From Prevotellaceae bacterium (GTDB lineage: Bacteria > Bacteroidota > Bacteroidia > Bacteroidales > Bacteroidaceae): 64,000 nt of DNA. The stretch spans positions 257 through 64,256 of the forward strand of contig JAJPYQ010000046.1 in the NCBI GenBank assembly GCA_021204865.1, written 5' to 3'. Positions 37,616-46,942 of this stretch are shown here, piece by piece. Numbering within the stretch: position 1 is the first letter of the stretch; every line of letters starts with the position of its first letter. Under the pieces are notes generated by a model. That model was not told the DNA's origin and made no database searches. It was given only the letters and a program-made list of their open reading frames with translations. The position numbers and the translations under genes were made by a program.

Positions 37616-39015
37616 CGTTTTGTCTGCTTAATTATTTTTTCGAGTTCTGCTAATCTTTTCAATTGTACATTTAAGTTGTACTGACACGTCCTCGTTGTGT
37701 GGAATTTGCTATGAATTTTGTACTTATCGACATACCATAGTAGACTGTCGTTTTGGACATCTGCATATATCGAGTCAAACTTCAGCTTTGCTGCCTCTAT
37801 ATCCTGAATAAGTGGGTGCAGACTGTCTGTAAGGGCTCTTGTATTCGTTTTGTAATTGTCTATAGCTTCCCTCGCTTCCTTTTCTTCGGTGCAATTGATA
37901 GCTATCGCCCCCTTGAAGGCTTGGCGTAGGTTCCCTATTAACTTCATAATGCTGTCGGTGACGCACAATGCTACAGGCTGTTCAATGGAGTCTTTTTTGA
38001 TCGTGTCCACGACTGCTATACTGTCCATTTTTACGGGGATTGCCGCATAGTTTGTCTTCTTCCGAGATCTTCCTTTTCCTCCTGGATAGCCAGTGTTTAT
38101 AGTATTATCTTCTGTCGTGTTCTTGTGGTTATAGAACTCTCTTATTTTCTCGCTCGACAACAAGATAATCACTATGGCTGCTAAAAGTATGGCGCAGCCA
38201 CCGAGTATGGCTATCATTCTGTTGCGGGCTGTGGTGTCCACCATCTCCGAGTCCACGTCGATGTCGAATATGGCCAACGTGTGGTTGTCGTGGTTTCCGC
38301 CCTTGGCAAAACCCACCTTGTCTATCTCCTCGGATATGTTAGACACAAGATTGCCAATGTCTGTATCGGTGCTGAGTCTGTCCAGCAAGTCTTTGTGGGG
38401 CATAATGCCCCATACACCGTCCGTGCAAAGGACAAAGCGGTCACCCTTCTTGTAAGGTATCTCGTCTATGTCTGGAACGTGGTTACTAACGTTGCCCAAT
38501 CCCCGTGTGATGATGTTCGACTGTGGTGAGACCCTCGCTTCTTCCTCCGTGAGTGCTTTGCTCCTCACGAGTTCTGCCACGAGAGAGTGGTCGGCACTCT
38601 TGTAGCGCACCTTCTTTCCCCTGAGGCAATAGCATCGGCTGTCACCTGCATGGGCTATCATTGCGGAGTGGCTGTTGATGAGGATTGCCACAAAAGTGGA
38701 GCCCATTCCGCTTAGTTGCGGCACATCCTTCACCTTGTTCTCCAAGGCTTCCTCGGCTTTTGCCACCGCCATCTTCAGCGCTCGTTCACGGGATGTCGTA
38801 GCGTAGCATTGGCAAAGGGCTGTGGCTATTTCACGCTTGACAATGTGTGAAGCGGTTTTTCCTCCCGGACCTCCGCCCATACCGTCGCAAATGATGAGAA
38901 GAAAGCCAAGGGGAGTGTCGATGAAACCGTAATCGTCTTGGTTCTCTTGACGTCCTCCCTGCATAGAGTTGGCGGCTCCATGCAGGGCTATTGTGTCAGA
39001 CTTGATGATATTCAT
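37612..39015 (-). CDS. membrane-anchored PP2C-family Ser/Thr phosphatase with an extracytoplasmic C-terminal domain of about 190 aa (PP2C-1)
   Basis: GGRQENQDDYGF...ICDGMGGGPGGKTAS...CTDGVWG motifs and a TM helix MIAILGGCAILLAAIVIILL. Start chosen at MNIIKSD (39015), which matches the length of the paralogue at 43238-44293. The alternative ATG at 39066 would overlap the upstream gene by 17 nt. Confidence 0.75.
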   Translation of the reverse strand: MNIIKSDTIALHGAANSMQGGRQENQDDYGFIDTPLGFLLIICDGMGGGPGGKTASHIVKREIATALCQCYATTSRERALKMAVAKAEEALENKVKDVPQLSGMGSTFVAILINSHSAMIAHAGDSRCYCLRGKKVRYKSADHSLVAELVRSKALTEEEARVSPQSNIITRGLGNVSNHVPDIDEIPYKKGDRFVLCTDGVWGIMPHKDLLDRLSTDTDIGNLVSNISEEIDKVGFAKGGNHDNHTLAIFDIDVDSEMVDTTARNRMIAILGGCAILLAAIVIILLSSEKIREFYNHKNTTEDNTINTGYPGGKGRSRKKTNYAAIPVKMDSIAVVDTIKKDSIEQPVALCVTDSIMKLIGNLRQAFKGAIAINCTEEKEAREAIDNYKTNTRALTDSLHPLIQDIEAAKLKFDSIYADVQNDSLLWYVDKYKIHSKFHTTRTCQYNLNVQLKRLAELEKIIKQTKR

Positions 39016-39049
39016 TGGGTAGGGATGTGCTTGTGAAGGCTGATGATGC

Positions 39050-39766
39050 TTATAAATAGACAGCAAGGAGGCCGATTCCTGAAATTATTGACAATGAAAC
39101 GCATACGCATACCAATACAACACCCACCTTGGTCCAAGTGGCTTGCACTTTCTCAAACTCGGCCACACTGCTCCATTGCTTATTGTTCCAAGCCCATTCG
39201 TTGCCTTGTAGGCCACATATAACGGAAAGGACCAGAGCAGCAATTGAGGAGATGATATTGACGAAGGGTATGCAAGCGCATACGTAAAGCACCACATAGA
39301 TGACAAAGATCCACCAGCACCCATTGCCCAGACTCCATATCCAATTCAGCAGAAAAGCTCCCCAGTTCCATTTATGCAGGTCGGGCATCTCAGCCTTGCT
39401 CTCAGAATTGCTTGTCACCTTTATGCCAAAGTTGTCTCCGGTGACGCTGTTGTTTCCTGCACCGCTGTTGTGTGCAGCGTTTCTTGTCGAACTGCTGTTG
39501 GCTTCGGGAAAGAACGCACAAATTTGATTCCAGCTTATCGGGTATTTGCCTGCCAGCATTATGATGTCTCCATACTTGATAGGTACGGCTCTTTGCTTCA
39601 CATGGACATTGTTTATCATCGTGCCGTTACTACTCGTGTCCTTATACATCAGCTGGTCGGCATCATAATATATTATGGCGTGTCGGTTGCTGGCATAGGC
39701 ACATCTTTGGTCGATATAGATGTCGCTGTCCGCTTGTCTCCCGATAGTGACTTCTCTTAGGTTCAT
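39050..39766 (-). CDS. FHA-domain protein with a DUF2628-like multi-TM C-terminus (FHA-2)
   Basis: N-terminal VTIGRQADSDIYIDQRCAYASNRHAIIYYD...SSNGTMINNVHV...GDIIMLAG (FHA signature G-R...S..H...N-G). C-terminal WNWGAFLLNWIWSLGNGCWWIFVIYVVLYV plus further hydrophobic helices. Confidence 0.7.
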   Translation of the reverse strand: MNLREVTIGRQADSDIYIDQRCAYASNRHAIIYYDADQLMYKDTSSNGTMINNVHVKQRAVPIKYGDIIMLAGKYPISWNQICAFFPEANSSSTRNAAHNSGAGNNSVTGDNFGIKVTSNSESKAEMPDLHKWNWGAFLLNWIWSLGNGCWWIFVIYVVLYVCACIPFVNIISSIAALVLSVICGLQGNEWAWNNKQWSSVAEFEKVQATWTKVGVVLVCVCVSLSIISGIGLLAVYL

Positions 39767-39787
39767 TCTTTTCAGAAGCTTTGTTTG

Positions 39788-41074
39788 TTATTTGACTATG
39801 AAGGGCATAGCCTTCTTCGTTATCTGATCATAGAGTGCAAACACGCCCTGGCCAGTGACAAAGTACTCAAGTCTTGTGGTGTTGTTGACGCTCGTCTCGG
39901 AAGAAGACAGGGCGAACTTCTGTATCTCGAAAATGTCCGCACTAAAGTAATATGCTGGTATCTTACGGTCAGCGTCCTTGTTCACCTTCACCAACATAAG
40001 GTTGTCACTCGACATGTGATTAGGGTTGCTGTATTCTACAATGATCTTGGTTGTGGTCGTGCCCTTAGGCACCAAAATCTTCCTGTTTATGCTGTCGAGT
40101 ATAAGATACGAACCTTCTTTTTTGACCCCCACAGAGTCCGCTGCCATACGGTTTATCAGCACTTCTCCTGGCTGCAGTAGAATGTCGTAGAGGGGCTTAT
40201 ATTCACTGTTGTTTTCGCGTATGTAGTCTATGATTTCGTCGAACTTAACAGTTTGCGTAGAGCCAGAAGGTTGCATTATCACAAGATAGTTGTTGTTGTC
40301 AGTGAAGTTCTTCTCCACTATGACACCGCGGAAGACTGCATTCTTGGTGTACACCACATCGGTCAGCGGACTTTGCTCGAAGATGGTTTGATTTGGATTG
40401 ATGGGCTTGTAGAAATACTTAACCACATCGTCAATGTTGAAAGTCTGCACCGTGCCGTCTTCCATATACAGGCTCAGAGTGTTGTACGACTCACCAGCGT
40501 ACTCGCCTTTTACTTCCTGTCCATTCTTGAGCTGGTAGATACGGTCAATGCCAGAGAGCGCTTCCTTTGGTCTGCGTTCACTCTTTATAACGTCCACGTC
40601 GCTCCAGTTGAACGAGTATGAGTTGGGCGTGAATTCCACATACTTTATAGTGTAGCCTCTCTCCAGCACTTTCACTTTCGACACGCTCTGGTGTCTGTCC
40701 TTGAAGTCGTTCTCAAACGAAGTCGCAGTTCCGCTCACCACTGTGTCTGAAGCTGTTTTGGGGAATGAAATCTCGTTGAGTGTCAGGGTGCGGTCGCTGC
40801 CAGTACCATTGTAAGCGTGGTTCTTTTCAGCCCATTCTTTCCACGTGTCGTCCAGCTCGCTTTCCTTGTACACCTGCTCAGTGATGGTAGCCCCCACACC
40901 GCTGACGCACACGATGGCGTTCTCGCTCTGAAACGTTATGTCTTCGTTACCGCCCTGCTTTTGTATAAAGCCGTTGAGCACTGTGCCGTTTTTCAGTTGT
41001 ACTCTCTGCACCACTTCGGCTTTCGTGTAGGTCAGAGAGGCTAACAGTGCCAGCAAAACAAATGTCTTCTTCAT
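39788..41074 (-). CDS. hypothetical secreted protein
   Basis: Signal peptide MKKTFVLLALLASLTYTKAEV. 428 aa, beta-rich. No family recognised. Confidence 0.55.
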   Translation of the reverse strand: MKKTFVLLALLASLTYTKAEVVQRVQLKNGTVLNGFIQKQGGNEDITFQSENAIVCVSGVGATITEQVYKESELDDTWKEWAEKNHAYNGTGSDRTLTLNEISFPKTASDTVVSGTATSFENDFKDRHQSVSKVKVLERGYTIKYVEFTPNSYSFNWSDVDVIKSERRPKEALSGIDRIYQLKNGQEVKGEYAGESYNTLSLYMEDGTVQTFNIDDVVKYFYKPINPNQTIFEQSPLTDVVYTKNAVFRGVIVEKNFTDNNNYLVIMQPSGSTQTVKFDEIIDYIRENNSEYKPLYDILLQPGEVLINRMAADSVGVKKEGSYLILDSINRKILVPKGTTTTKIIVEYSNPNHMSSDNLMLVKVNKDADRKIPAYYFSADIFEIQKFALSSSETSVNNTTRLEYFVTGQGVFALYDQITKKAMPFIVK

Positions 41075-41101
41075 ATCTTTTCTGAATTAAAAATTATCCT
41101 C

Positions 41102-42586
41102 TCACTTCTTGTGTGGGCTATCAATAAGCTCCTTTATATATTTTGCCTTGACACCTTGGTTGATGTTTTCTTTTGTCACGCCAGAATGATGAACACCTAT
41201 CAGCATTCCTTTGTCGTTGAACACTGGCGAACCGCTTGCCCCACCAGCAGTCACAGCATCATAGTTGAAGTCGAACTCACCGCTCTGTTGCGTGACTTTT
41301 CCCTCATGGCAGAATACTTGAATTCCCTTCTCGCCTTCCAAATCTTGCAAACTCATTCCATACGGGAAACCTACCGTGAACATCGTTTTCCCTACTTCAA
41401 TGGCATCTTCTGACACGTCCATCGAGTCCTTTATGTTTACGTATGAGCAATTCTTGTTGGGCAATGTCATCTTGTCGCTTTGGATGAGAGCCACATCCTT
41501 GTTTATGTCATCCCCAGCAGAAAGCACAGTGCAGTATGTTGCATTCTCTGGAGAAAAGAAACTGCCTTGAGGAACAAGCATTATACCGTCACTGACTCCA
41601 ATAATTTTGATCTGCGAAGTGTAAGCCGTGAGCCCTAATGATGGATATTGTTCAGCAATCCCGGCAAAATATCTACGAAATAGTTGCTCAAATTGGGCTA
41701 TCTCTTCTGCCTTTGTCGGCTCCAACCAGGGCTTCACGACATGGAGATTGGTGATAATCTTGGCATCTTCTGAAATAAAAAAGCCCGTTCCGGTATACAC
41801 AGTCGAACCTGACATTCCTGGGGTGACTGGTACAATTTCGCCGTTCTTATCAAACACAAACTTTGTGTAGAGCTTGTCACTCACATCTACCCCAAAATCG
41901 TTTACCTCTAAGTGATAACTGCCAACAAGCATAACTACCGAAGAACTATACCTGTCGTTGATCATAGCGGCTGTCCATGTCTTATGGCTTAATAGTTTGT
42001 ATATCCCAAAGCCAATGCCCACGAGCAGTATTGCGCAAGCAGCTACACCCAAGATAGCCTTCCATGAATCGTTAGCCCATGGCAAGCGGCTTAGATCAAC
42101 TCTCACGCCACCGCAAATCACCACGCTTTTGCGCTTCAGAACATAGGGAGTGTTTGGCATTATTTTCTGCCCGTCAACAGTGGTGCCGTTCTGGCTGTGG
42201 TCGAAGATATACATCTTGCCGTTCTTGCCCTGTTTCACCGTGGCGTGGTAGCGGCTGACTGTGGCTCCGGATATCTGAAAATCGTTGTTGAAGTGGCTGC
42301 CGATACCGAATAGAGCTTTGTATGCCGAGTTGTCTTCGGGTGTGGGTACCTTGCTCCAGTCCAGTTGAGTGTCAGCGAACTGTACGGCATCGAATCTGTT
42401 GATTTTCACTGTGGAGCCTGGCTTCATCTGCTGGTTTCCGATGTAGGTTCCGTTAAGGCTATTCTTGTCTTCCAGCATTATGTCGCCATTGTCCATCAGT
42501 GTAAGCTCCGCATGTACAGAGCTTACTCTCTGACTATTCAACACGATATCGCATTTTGCGCTGCGGCCAATCTTAAGTAATCGCAT
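41102..42586 (-). CDS. FHA-FHA-TM-trypsin-like serine protease fusion
   Basis: FHA 1: LKIGRSAKCDIVLNSQRVSSVHAELTL...SLNGTYIGN. FHA 2: ISGATVSRYHATVKQ...SQNGTTVDGQKI. TM helix ILGVAACAILLVGIGFGIY. Protease triad candidates are ITNLHVV, KDVALIQ and GGASGSPVF. Confidence 0.75.
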   Translation of the reverse strand: MRLLKIGRSAKCDIVLNSQRVSSVHAELTLMDNGDIMLEDKNSLNGTYIGNQQMKPGSTVKINRFDAVQFADTQLDWSKVPTPEDNSAYKALFGIGSHFNNDFQISGATVSRYHATVKQGKNGKMYIFDHSQNGTTVDGQKIMPNTPYVLKRKSVVICGGVRVDLSRLPWANDSWKAILGVAACAILLVGIGFGIYKLLSHKTWTAAMINDRYSSSVVMLVGSYHLEVNDFGVDVSDKLYTKFVFDKNGEIVPVTPGMSGSTVYTGTGFFISEDAKIITNLHVVKPWLEPTKAEEIAQFEQLFRRYFAGIAEQYPSLGLTAYTSQIKIIGVSDGIMLVPQGSFFSPENATYCTVLSAGDDINKDVALIQSDKMTLPNKNCSYVNIKDSMDVSEDAIEVGKTMFTVGFPYGMSLQDLEGEKGIQVFCHEGKVTQQSGEFDFNYDAVTAGGASGSPVFNDKGMLIGVHHSGVTKENINQGVKAKYIKELIDSPHKK

Positions 42587-42604
42587 ATCTAAATTCTTTT
42601 TAAA

Positions 42605-43225
42605 TCATTTATACTGGTTCCTCCCACTCTTCTTGTCGGAGTCTTTCTTGTCGCCGTCCTCTTTCTTGTCGTCAGTCTTCTTGTCATCGGTCTTTTCCTT
42701 GTCATCACCGCCTTTTTTAGAGGTTTTTTGCTGATTTCCTTTCTTAGCTTTGGAGGTGTTTGAGGGTTGTCCGCCCTTCTTTTTGTCGGCTTCTTCGCTC
42801 TTCTTGTCGCTCTCCTCTTGATCTACTGCTTTTGTGGTGTCCGTCACCACTTCATTTTCTGAGGGTTTGGAACCGCCTCGGTGCGACTTTATTGCGCTAT
42901 AGCCGAAGAAGCCACCAACTACCAAGATGATAAGTACTATCAGGATGGTCACGTAGCGCAGTGCCGTTTTGCTTTTCGGTACCATATTCCAGTCGAGGCG
43001 TGCTACGTGAGCAAAAGAAATGTTGTCTTTTCTTGTCACTGGTACGGGCACATTCTGCGAGATGCGTATGCCATTCACGTAGGTACCGTTTTGGCTTATA
43101 TCTGTGATTGTCATCTTGCCAGAAGACGCCACTGTTAGTGTGGCATGCCTGCGGCTCACCACGTCGGTGCTGTCGTTTATGAGAATGTCGCACCCTACTT
43201 CTCTTCCAATACTGTAAACTTTCAT
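42605..43225 (-). CDS. FHA-domain protein with one TM helix and a Lys/Asp/Glu-rich tail (FHA-3)
   Basis: YSIGREVGCDILINDSTDVVSRRHATLTV...SQNGTYVNG. TM helix YVTILIVLIILVVGGFFGY. Tail ...KKGGDDKEKTDDKKTDDKKEDGDKKDSDKK. Confidence 0.7.
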   Translation of the reverse strand: MKVYSIGREVGCDILINDSTDVVSRRHATLTVASSGKMTITDISQNGTYVNGIRISQNVPVPVTRKDNISFAHVARLDWNMVPKSKTALRYVTILIVLIILVVGGFFGYSAIKSHRGGSKPSENEVVTDTTKAVDQEESDKKSEEADKKKGGQPSNTSKAKKGNQQKTSKKGGDDKEKTDDKKTDDKKEDGDKKDSDKKSGRNQYK

Positions 43226-43237
43226 ATAGTTGAGTTG

Positions 43238-44293
43238 TTATTTGTTCTTGGTCTTGTCGGGGTTCGTTGTAGTTTCTCCGCTCTCCGTCGTGGTCTTAGA
43301 GATGACTGTTTGGCTGGCAGAAGTCTCAGTTGACCCCGTCCCGGCAACGGATTCTTGCTGTTCGGTGGTTACACTGTCTGTTGTCACGGCATTGATTTCA
43401 CTCTTGTGACCACTGCAACCTTGCACAATGTTTATGACAATGCTCATCACCAGTAGCAGTGCCAGAACCATTATTATCAGTTTCGATTGTCTTGTCATTT
43501 TGGGCTTAATTATTGAGTCTTTAGTTGTTTCCACAATTGCTATGGTGAGGTTGTCGTGCACCATCCCTGAGCTTCTGCCTATGTTGTCAATGCGGGTGGC
43601 TATGTCGTCGGTTAACACACCCAGCTTCGGGCGTTTGTCGCTCATCATCTTCACGAGTTCCGCCTCAGGCATTGCCCCGTGGATACCGTCAGTGCATAGC
43701 ACAAAGCGGTCTCCCCTCTGGTAAGGAACTCGATGTATTTCCACTTCTACATCTGGTCTTATTCCCAGTGCGCGGGTTATTACATTGGATTGTGCCGACA
43801 GGCGTGCTTGCTCTTCCGTTATCACTCCCTGTGCCACCATCTCGAAAACCAGTGAGTGGTCGAACGTGCGGAACACCTTGCGTCTATATCTTAACTGATA
43901 CACCCTGCTGTCGCCCACGTGAGCCACATAGGCGCAATTTTCGGCTATCAACAGCACTGTTGCGGTGGAGCCCATGCCTCTAAGCGAAGGTGTACGGTTG
44001 CCTTCCTCAATGATGGCCATATTGGCTTTTCTCACTGCCTTTATGATAGTGTTTGATATGTCTTCTCCTTGTTCGCAACCGCTTACGCCTTCCAGTATCT
44101 CGTTCACGGCTATCGACGATGCGGTCTTTCCTCCAGGACCTCCTCCCATTCCGTCGCATACGGTCACCAGATAGCCCCATTTTGTTTGTCGCCACCCGAA
44201 GGAGTCTTGGTTTTCACGTCTGCCTCCTATGCGCGATTCAGCGAAGGCGCGCACTAAGCCGTTGTTGTCGTTATATATTTTCTGTAGTTCCAT
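43238..44293 (-). CDS. membrane-anchored PP2C-family Ser/Thr phosphatase (PP2C-2)
   Basis: GGRRENQDSFGW...VCDGMGGGPGGKTAS...CTDGIHG. TM helix LIIMVLALLLVMSIVINIV. Ser/Thr-rich tail. Confidence 0.8.
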   Translation of the reverse strand: MELQKIYNDNNGLVRAFAESRIGGRRENQDSFGWRQTKWGYLVTVCDGMGGGPGGKTASSIAVNEILEGVSGCEQGEDISNTIIKAVRKANMAIIEEGNRTPSLRGMGSTATVLLIAENCAYVAHVGDSRVYQLRYRRKVFRTFDHSLVFEMVAQGVITEEQARLSAQSNVITRALGIRPDVEVEIHRVPYQRGDRFVLCTDGIHGAMPEAELVKMMSDKRPKLGVLTDDIATRIDNIGRSSGMVHDNLTIAIVETTKDSIIKPKMTRQSKLIIMVLALLLVMSIVINIVQGCSGHKSEINAVTTDSVTTEQQESVAGTGSTETSASQTVISKTTTESGETTTNPDKTKNK

Positions 44294-44321
44294 AATAGCC
44301 TATTGGGATTCACTATGCCTG

Positions 44322-45338
44322 CTACATTGTGCTTGATAATATGATGACGAACGCCAATACTACAATCACTGCGATTAAGACGGCCGTCAGAACAATATGA
44401 TTTTGCATCCATGCCGAGAACTTATCACCAGTTTTTAGCTCTGGCTTTATGGCCTCTTGTATTGCGTTTCTCATTTCCTCAGCGCTTTGAAAGCGTTTAG
44501 ACTGGTCTTTTTCAGTCGCTTTCCAGATCACTTTCATCAGTTTCTTTGGTATGTCCTTGTGGCTGGGCAGATTGTCCGAAAGCTGTTTTTTCAGGGTTTC
44601 TGCCTGCGAAGGGGCATCCATCGGATTTTCTTCTGTGAGAAGCTCGTAGAATGTTATGCCAAGCGCATACAAGTCTGTGGTGGCGTTTATGGTGCCGGCG
44701 CCGTCTTCGCCTCTCTTTATTTGCTCCGGAGCGGAGTATTGTGGAGTGCCGATGAAACCGAATTGAGAGTATTGGTTGCCTCCGTTCATTCTTGATATGC
44801 CAAGATCCATCAGTCGAACGTTAGAGTTGTTCTCCACCATGATATTCGAAGGCTTAATGTCTCTGTGTATCACTCCACGTGAATGTATGTACTCCAGTGC
44901 GTCCAGTACAGAGCACATAGCCCTGCATACCATATCAACTTTGCGCTGGGGTGCAAGCTTCTTCACATATTCGTCAAGGTCTTCTCCTTTCACAAAGTTG
45001 CTGAGCAGGAAAATAGGCCCGTAGTCGGGGGCGTACTCGCAATAGCCTATCATTTCCACAAGGTTTGGGTGGCGGAACGCAAGCGAAGCCTCCTGTCTGG
45101 CTCTTTCCCTTATCATTTTGTTGCTGGCATAGGAGTCTTTCACCCGCTTTACTGCTATCTCTAAACCATTCGAACACCTGTAGCCGAGATACACATCACC
45201 CATTGCACCGCTGCCCAAGGGCTTGTCATTAGGGTTGTAGCAGTACCACTCGTTCATCACGTGCAGATATAAGTAGGGATCCTTCGGGTAGTTCTTCCCC
45301 CAAGTCACGCTGGGCATATTTTGATGAGCTTGTGGCAT
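44322..45338 (-). CDS. Hanks-type Ser/Thr protein kinase, C-terminally tail-anchored (STK-2)
   Basis: G-loop LGSGAMGDVY, IAVKRV, catalytic loop HRDIKPSNIMV, DLG in place of DFG, SAPEQ, and a terminal TM helix IVLTAVLIAVIVVLAFVIIL. Confidence 0.85.
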   Translation of the reverse strand: MPQAHQNMPSVTWGKNYPKDPYLYLHVMNEWYCYNPNDKPLGSGAMGDVYLGYRCSNGLEIAVKRVKDSYASNKMIRERARQEASLAFRHPNLVEMIGYCEYAPDYGPIFLLSNFVKGEDLDEYVKKLAPQRKVDMVCRAMCSVLDALEYIHSRGVIHRDIKPSNIMVENNSNVRLMDLGISRMNGGNQYSQFGFIGTPQYSAPEQIKRGEDGAGTINATTDLYALGITFYELLTEENPMDAPSQAETLKKQLSDNLPSHKDIPKKLMKVIWKATEKDQSKRFQSAEEMRNAIQEAIKPELKTGDKFSAWMQNHIVLTAVLIAVIVVLAFVIILSSTM

Positions 45339-46859
45339 TTACATCTCTTTTAGCTGTTCCAACTTATTCAGATAATCTTTTATCATGCCCACATACTTTG
45401 CGTCATTGGCCTCTTCGGCGTACTCGAGAGCTTGACGATAGTATTTTTCGGCCTGTACCTCATCTCTTTCTTTCACTGCATCTGTTCGAGCACTTGCACC
45501 GAAGAAGTCACAAGCGTATTCGTAGAGGGCGTGATAGTTGGTACTGTCTTGTTCGATGGCTTTCTTTAGCAGCATGTGTGCTGCCACGTTGTTGATTTGG
45601 ACATCCAGTTCTTCTCTGAATGTAAGTATCGAGTCTGGGCAAGCCTCGCGGTCGCGTTCGGCGTTGCTCTGGAACATCATGAGGGCGCGCAGCGTCGTTG
45701 CCCTTGAGTCTCCTGTATCCGACAAGTATTTCAGCATATTCAATGCCTCTTTACCTTCCTCTCCTCCTTTGTGCATTTGTGTGATGACTTCGTCGTAGGT
45801 TATTTTCTGGGGAGTAGGAACAGGACGCCGAAGCAGGACAACAATGGCTATGACAGCGCATACAGCGATGCCCCCAACAATGAAGCTGTATGAAGTCCTC
45901 CACTGGTAGTTCGCTTTAATTCCTTTCTCTGCTTGTCCTATAGCCGAGAGAAAAGAAGCTGCGCTGTCGAAGCGCTCTTTGCGCGCCTTCTTTGTGGCCT
46001 TGTCTATAATCTGCCTCAGCGCGCCGTATTTCACTTGTCTCAGAGGCAGATGCTTGTGTAACTGGGCTTGCAGGATCTCACTCCTGTCGCCGTTGAAAGG
46101 TGTGTGGCCGGTGATTAGCTCGAAAAGCATTATCCCCACGGCATACAAATCAGTTCTGCCGTCTTGCTCGTTTATGGCACCAACTACAAGTTCTGGAGCG
46201 GCGTATTTAGCTTTACCCACAAACTGGCCTGCCTGCGTGAGCTGCTTGTCGTGGCTTGTCATGGTGTTAACCTTCTTGGCTATACCGAAGTCGATAAGCT
46301 TTATGCGCCTGTCGCTTGTCACCATTATGTTCGAGGGGTCGATATCACGGTGAATATAGCCGTTGGCATGCATCGTTATAAGTCCGTTCAGCACGCTTTT
46401 CACTATTCTTATGGCGAACTTGTCTGGGTGACTCTTGTAGAGGTTGTACAGCTCTTCAGCGAAATCCACTTTGTTGCCATACTGGTCTGTCACATAGCCT
46501 GCCAACAATTTGTCGAGCGGCACTCCTATGAGCAGTTCGCTGACGACGTGGTAGTGGTGTGTGGGCATGCCAAGCTCGTCTGTGCTTACTTGATCAATGA
46601 AGCCCAGCATCTCAATGAGATTCTGGTGGGTAAAGTGGATGTTTGCCTCTCGCTTAGCCTTTTCTATGGCGTATGGAGGCAGATCGCTATACATGAACTT
46701 GATGGCCACATCTTTGCTGGTCTTGGCTTTCTCGTCAATGCATTTTCCCCTGAAGACCTTGCCCATTCCGCCTTCTCCCAGTGGACGTTCACTTGCATCG
46801 AGTTCATAGTATATGCCCCGGAGCTTCTCCTCTTTACCGTATATCTTGTATTTCGCCAT
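45339..46859 (-). CDS. Hanks-type Ser/Thr protein kinase with a TM helix and a TPR/Sel1-like extracytoplasmic domain (STK-1); non-canonical catalytic loop
   Basis: LGEGGMGKVF, VAIKF, HRDIDPSNIMV (Asp where Lys is expected; GAC codon at 46340-46338), DFGIAK, AAPEL, and TM helix FIVGGIAVCAVIAIVVLL. The C-terminal helical repeats end ...AEKYYRQALEYAEEANDAKY. Its stop directly abuts the STK-2 start. Confidence 0.85.
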   Translation of the reverse strand: MAKYKIYGKEEKLRGIYYELDASERPLGEGGMGKVFRGKCIDEKAKTSKDVAIKFMYSDLPPYAIEKAKREANIHFTHQNLIEMLGFIDQVSTDELGMPTHHYHVVSELLIGVPLDKLLAGYVTDQYGNKVDFAEELYNLYKSHPDKFAIRIVKSVLNGLITMHANGYIHRDIDPSNIMVTSDRRIKLIDFGIAKKVNTMTSHDKQLTQAGQFVGKAKYAAPELVVGAINEQDGRTDLYAVGIMLFELITGHTPFNGDRSEILQAQLHKHLPLRQVKYGALRQIIDKATKKARKERFDSAASFLSAIGQAEKGIKANYQWRTSYSFIVGGIAVCAVIAIVVLLRRPVPTPQKITYDEVITQMHKGGEEGKEALNMLKYLSDTGDSRATTLRALMMFQSNAERDREACPDSILTFREELDVQINNVAAHMLLKKAIEQDSTNYHALYEYACDFFGASARTDAVKERDEVQAEKYYRQALEYAEEANDAKYVGMIKDYLNKLEQLKEM

Positions 46860-46942
46860 ATCTTGTCTCTGCTTTAGTCTTTTGCCAGAAACATTTTTAG
46901 ATAATCATTGTCTGATGGCTCGCACCTTGCCTCAAGTGCTTA

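Noticed and set aside
39016-39066. Upstream ATG at 39066 for PP2C-1, which would overlap the FHA gene by 17 nt.
   Set aside because: The ATG at 39015 gives an N-terminus matching the length of the paralogue PP2C-2 and removes the overlap. I keep 39066 as a possible alternative; the choice does not affect the domain call.
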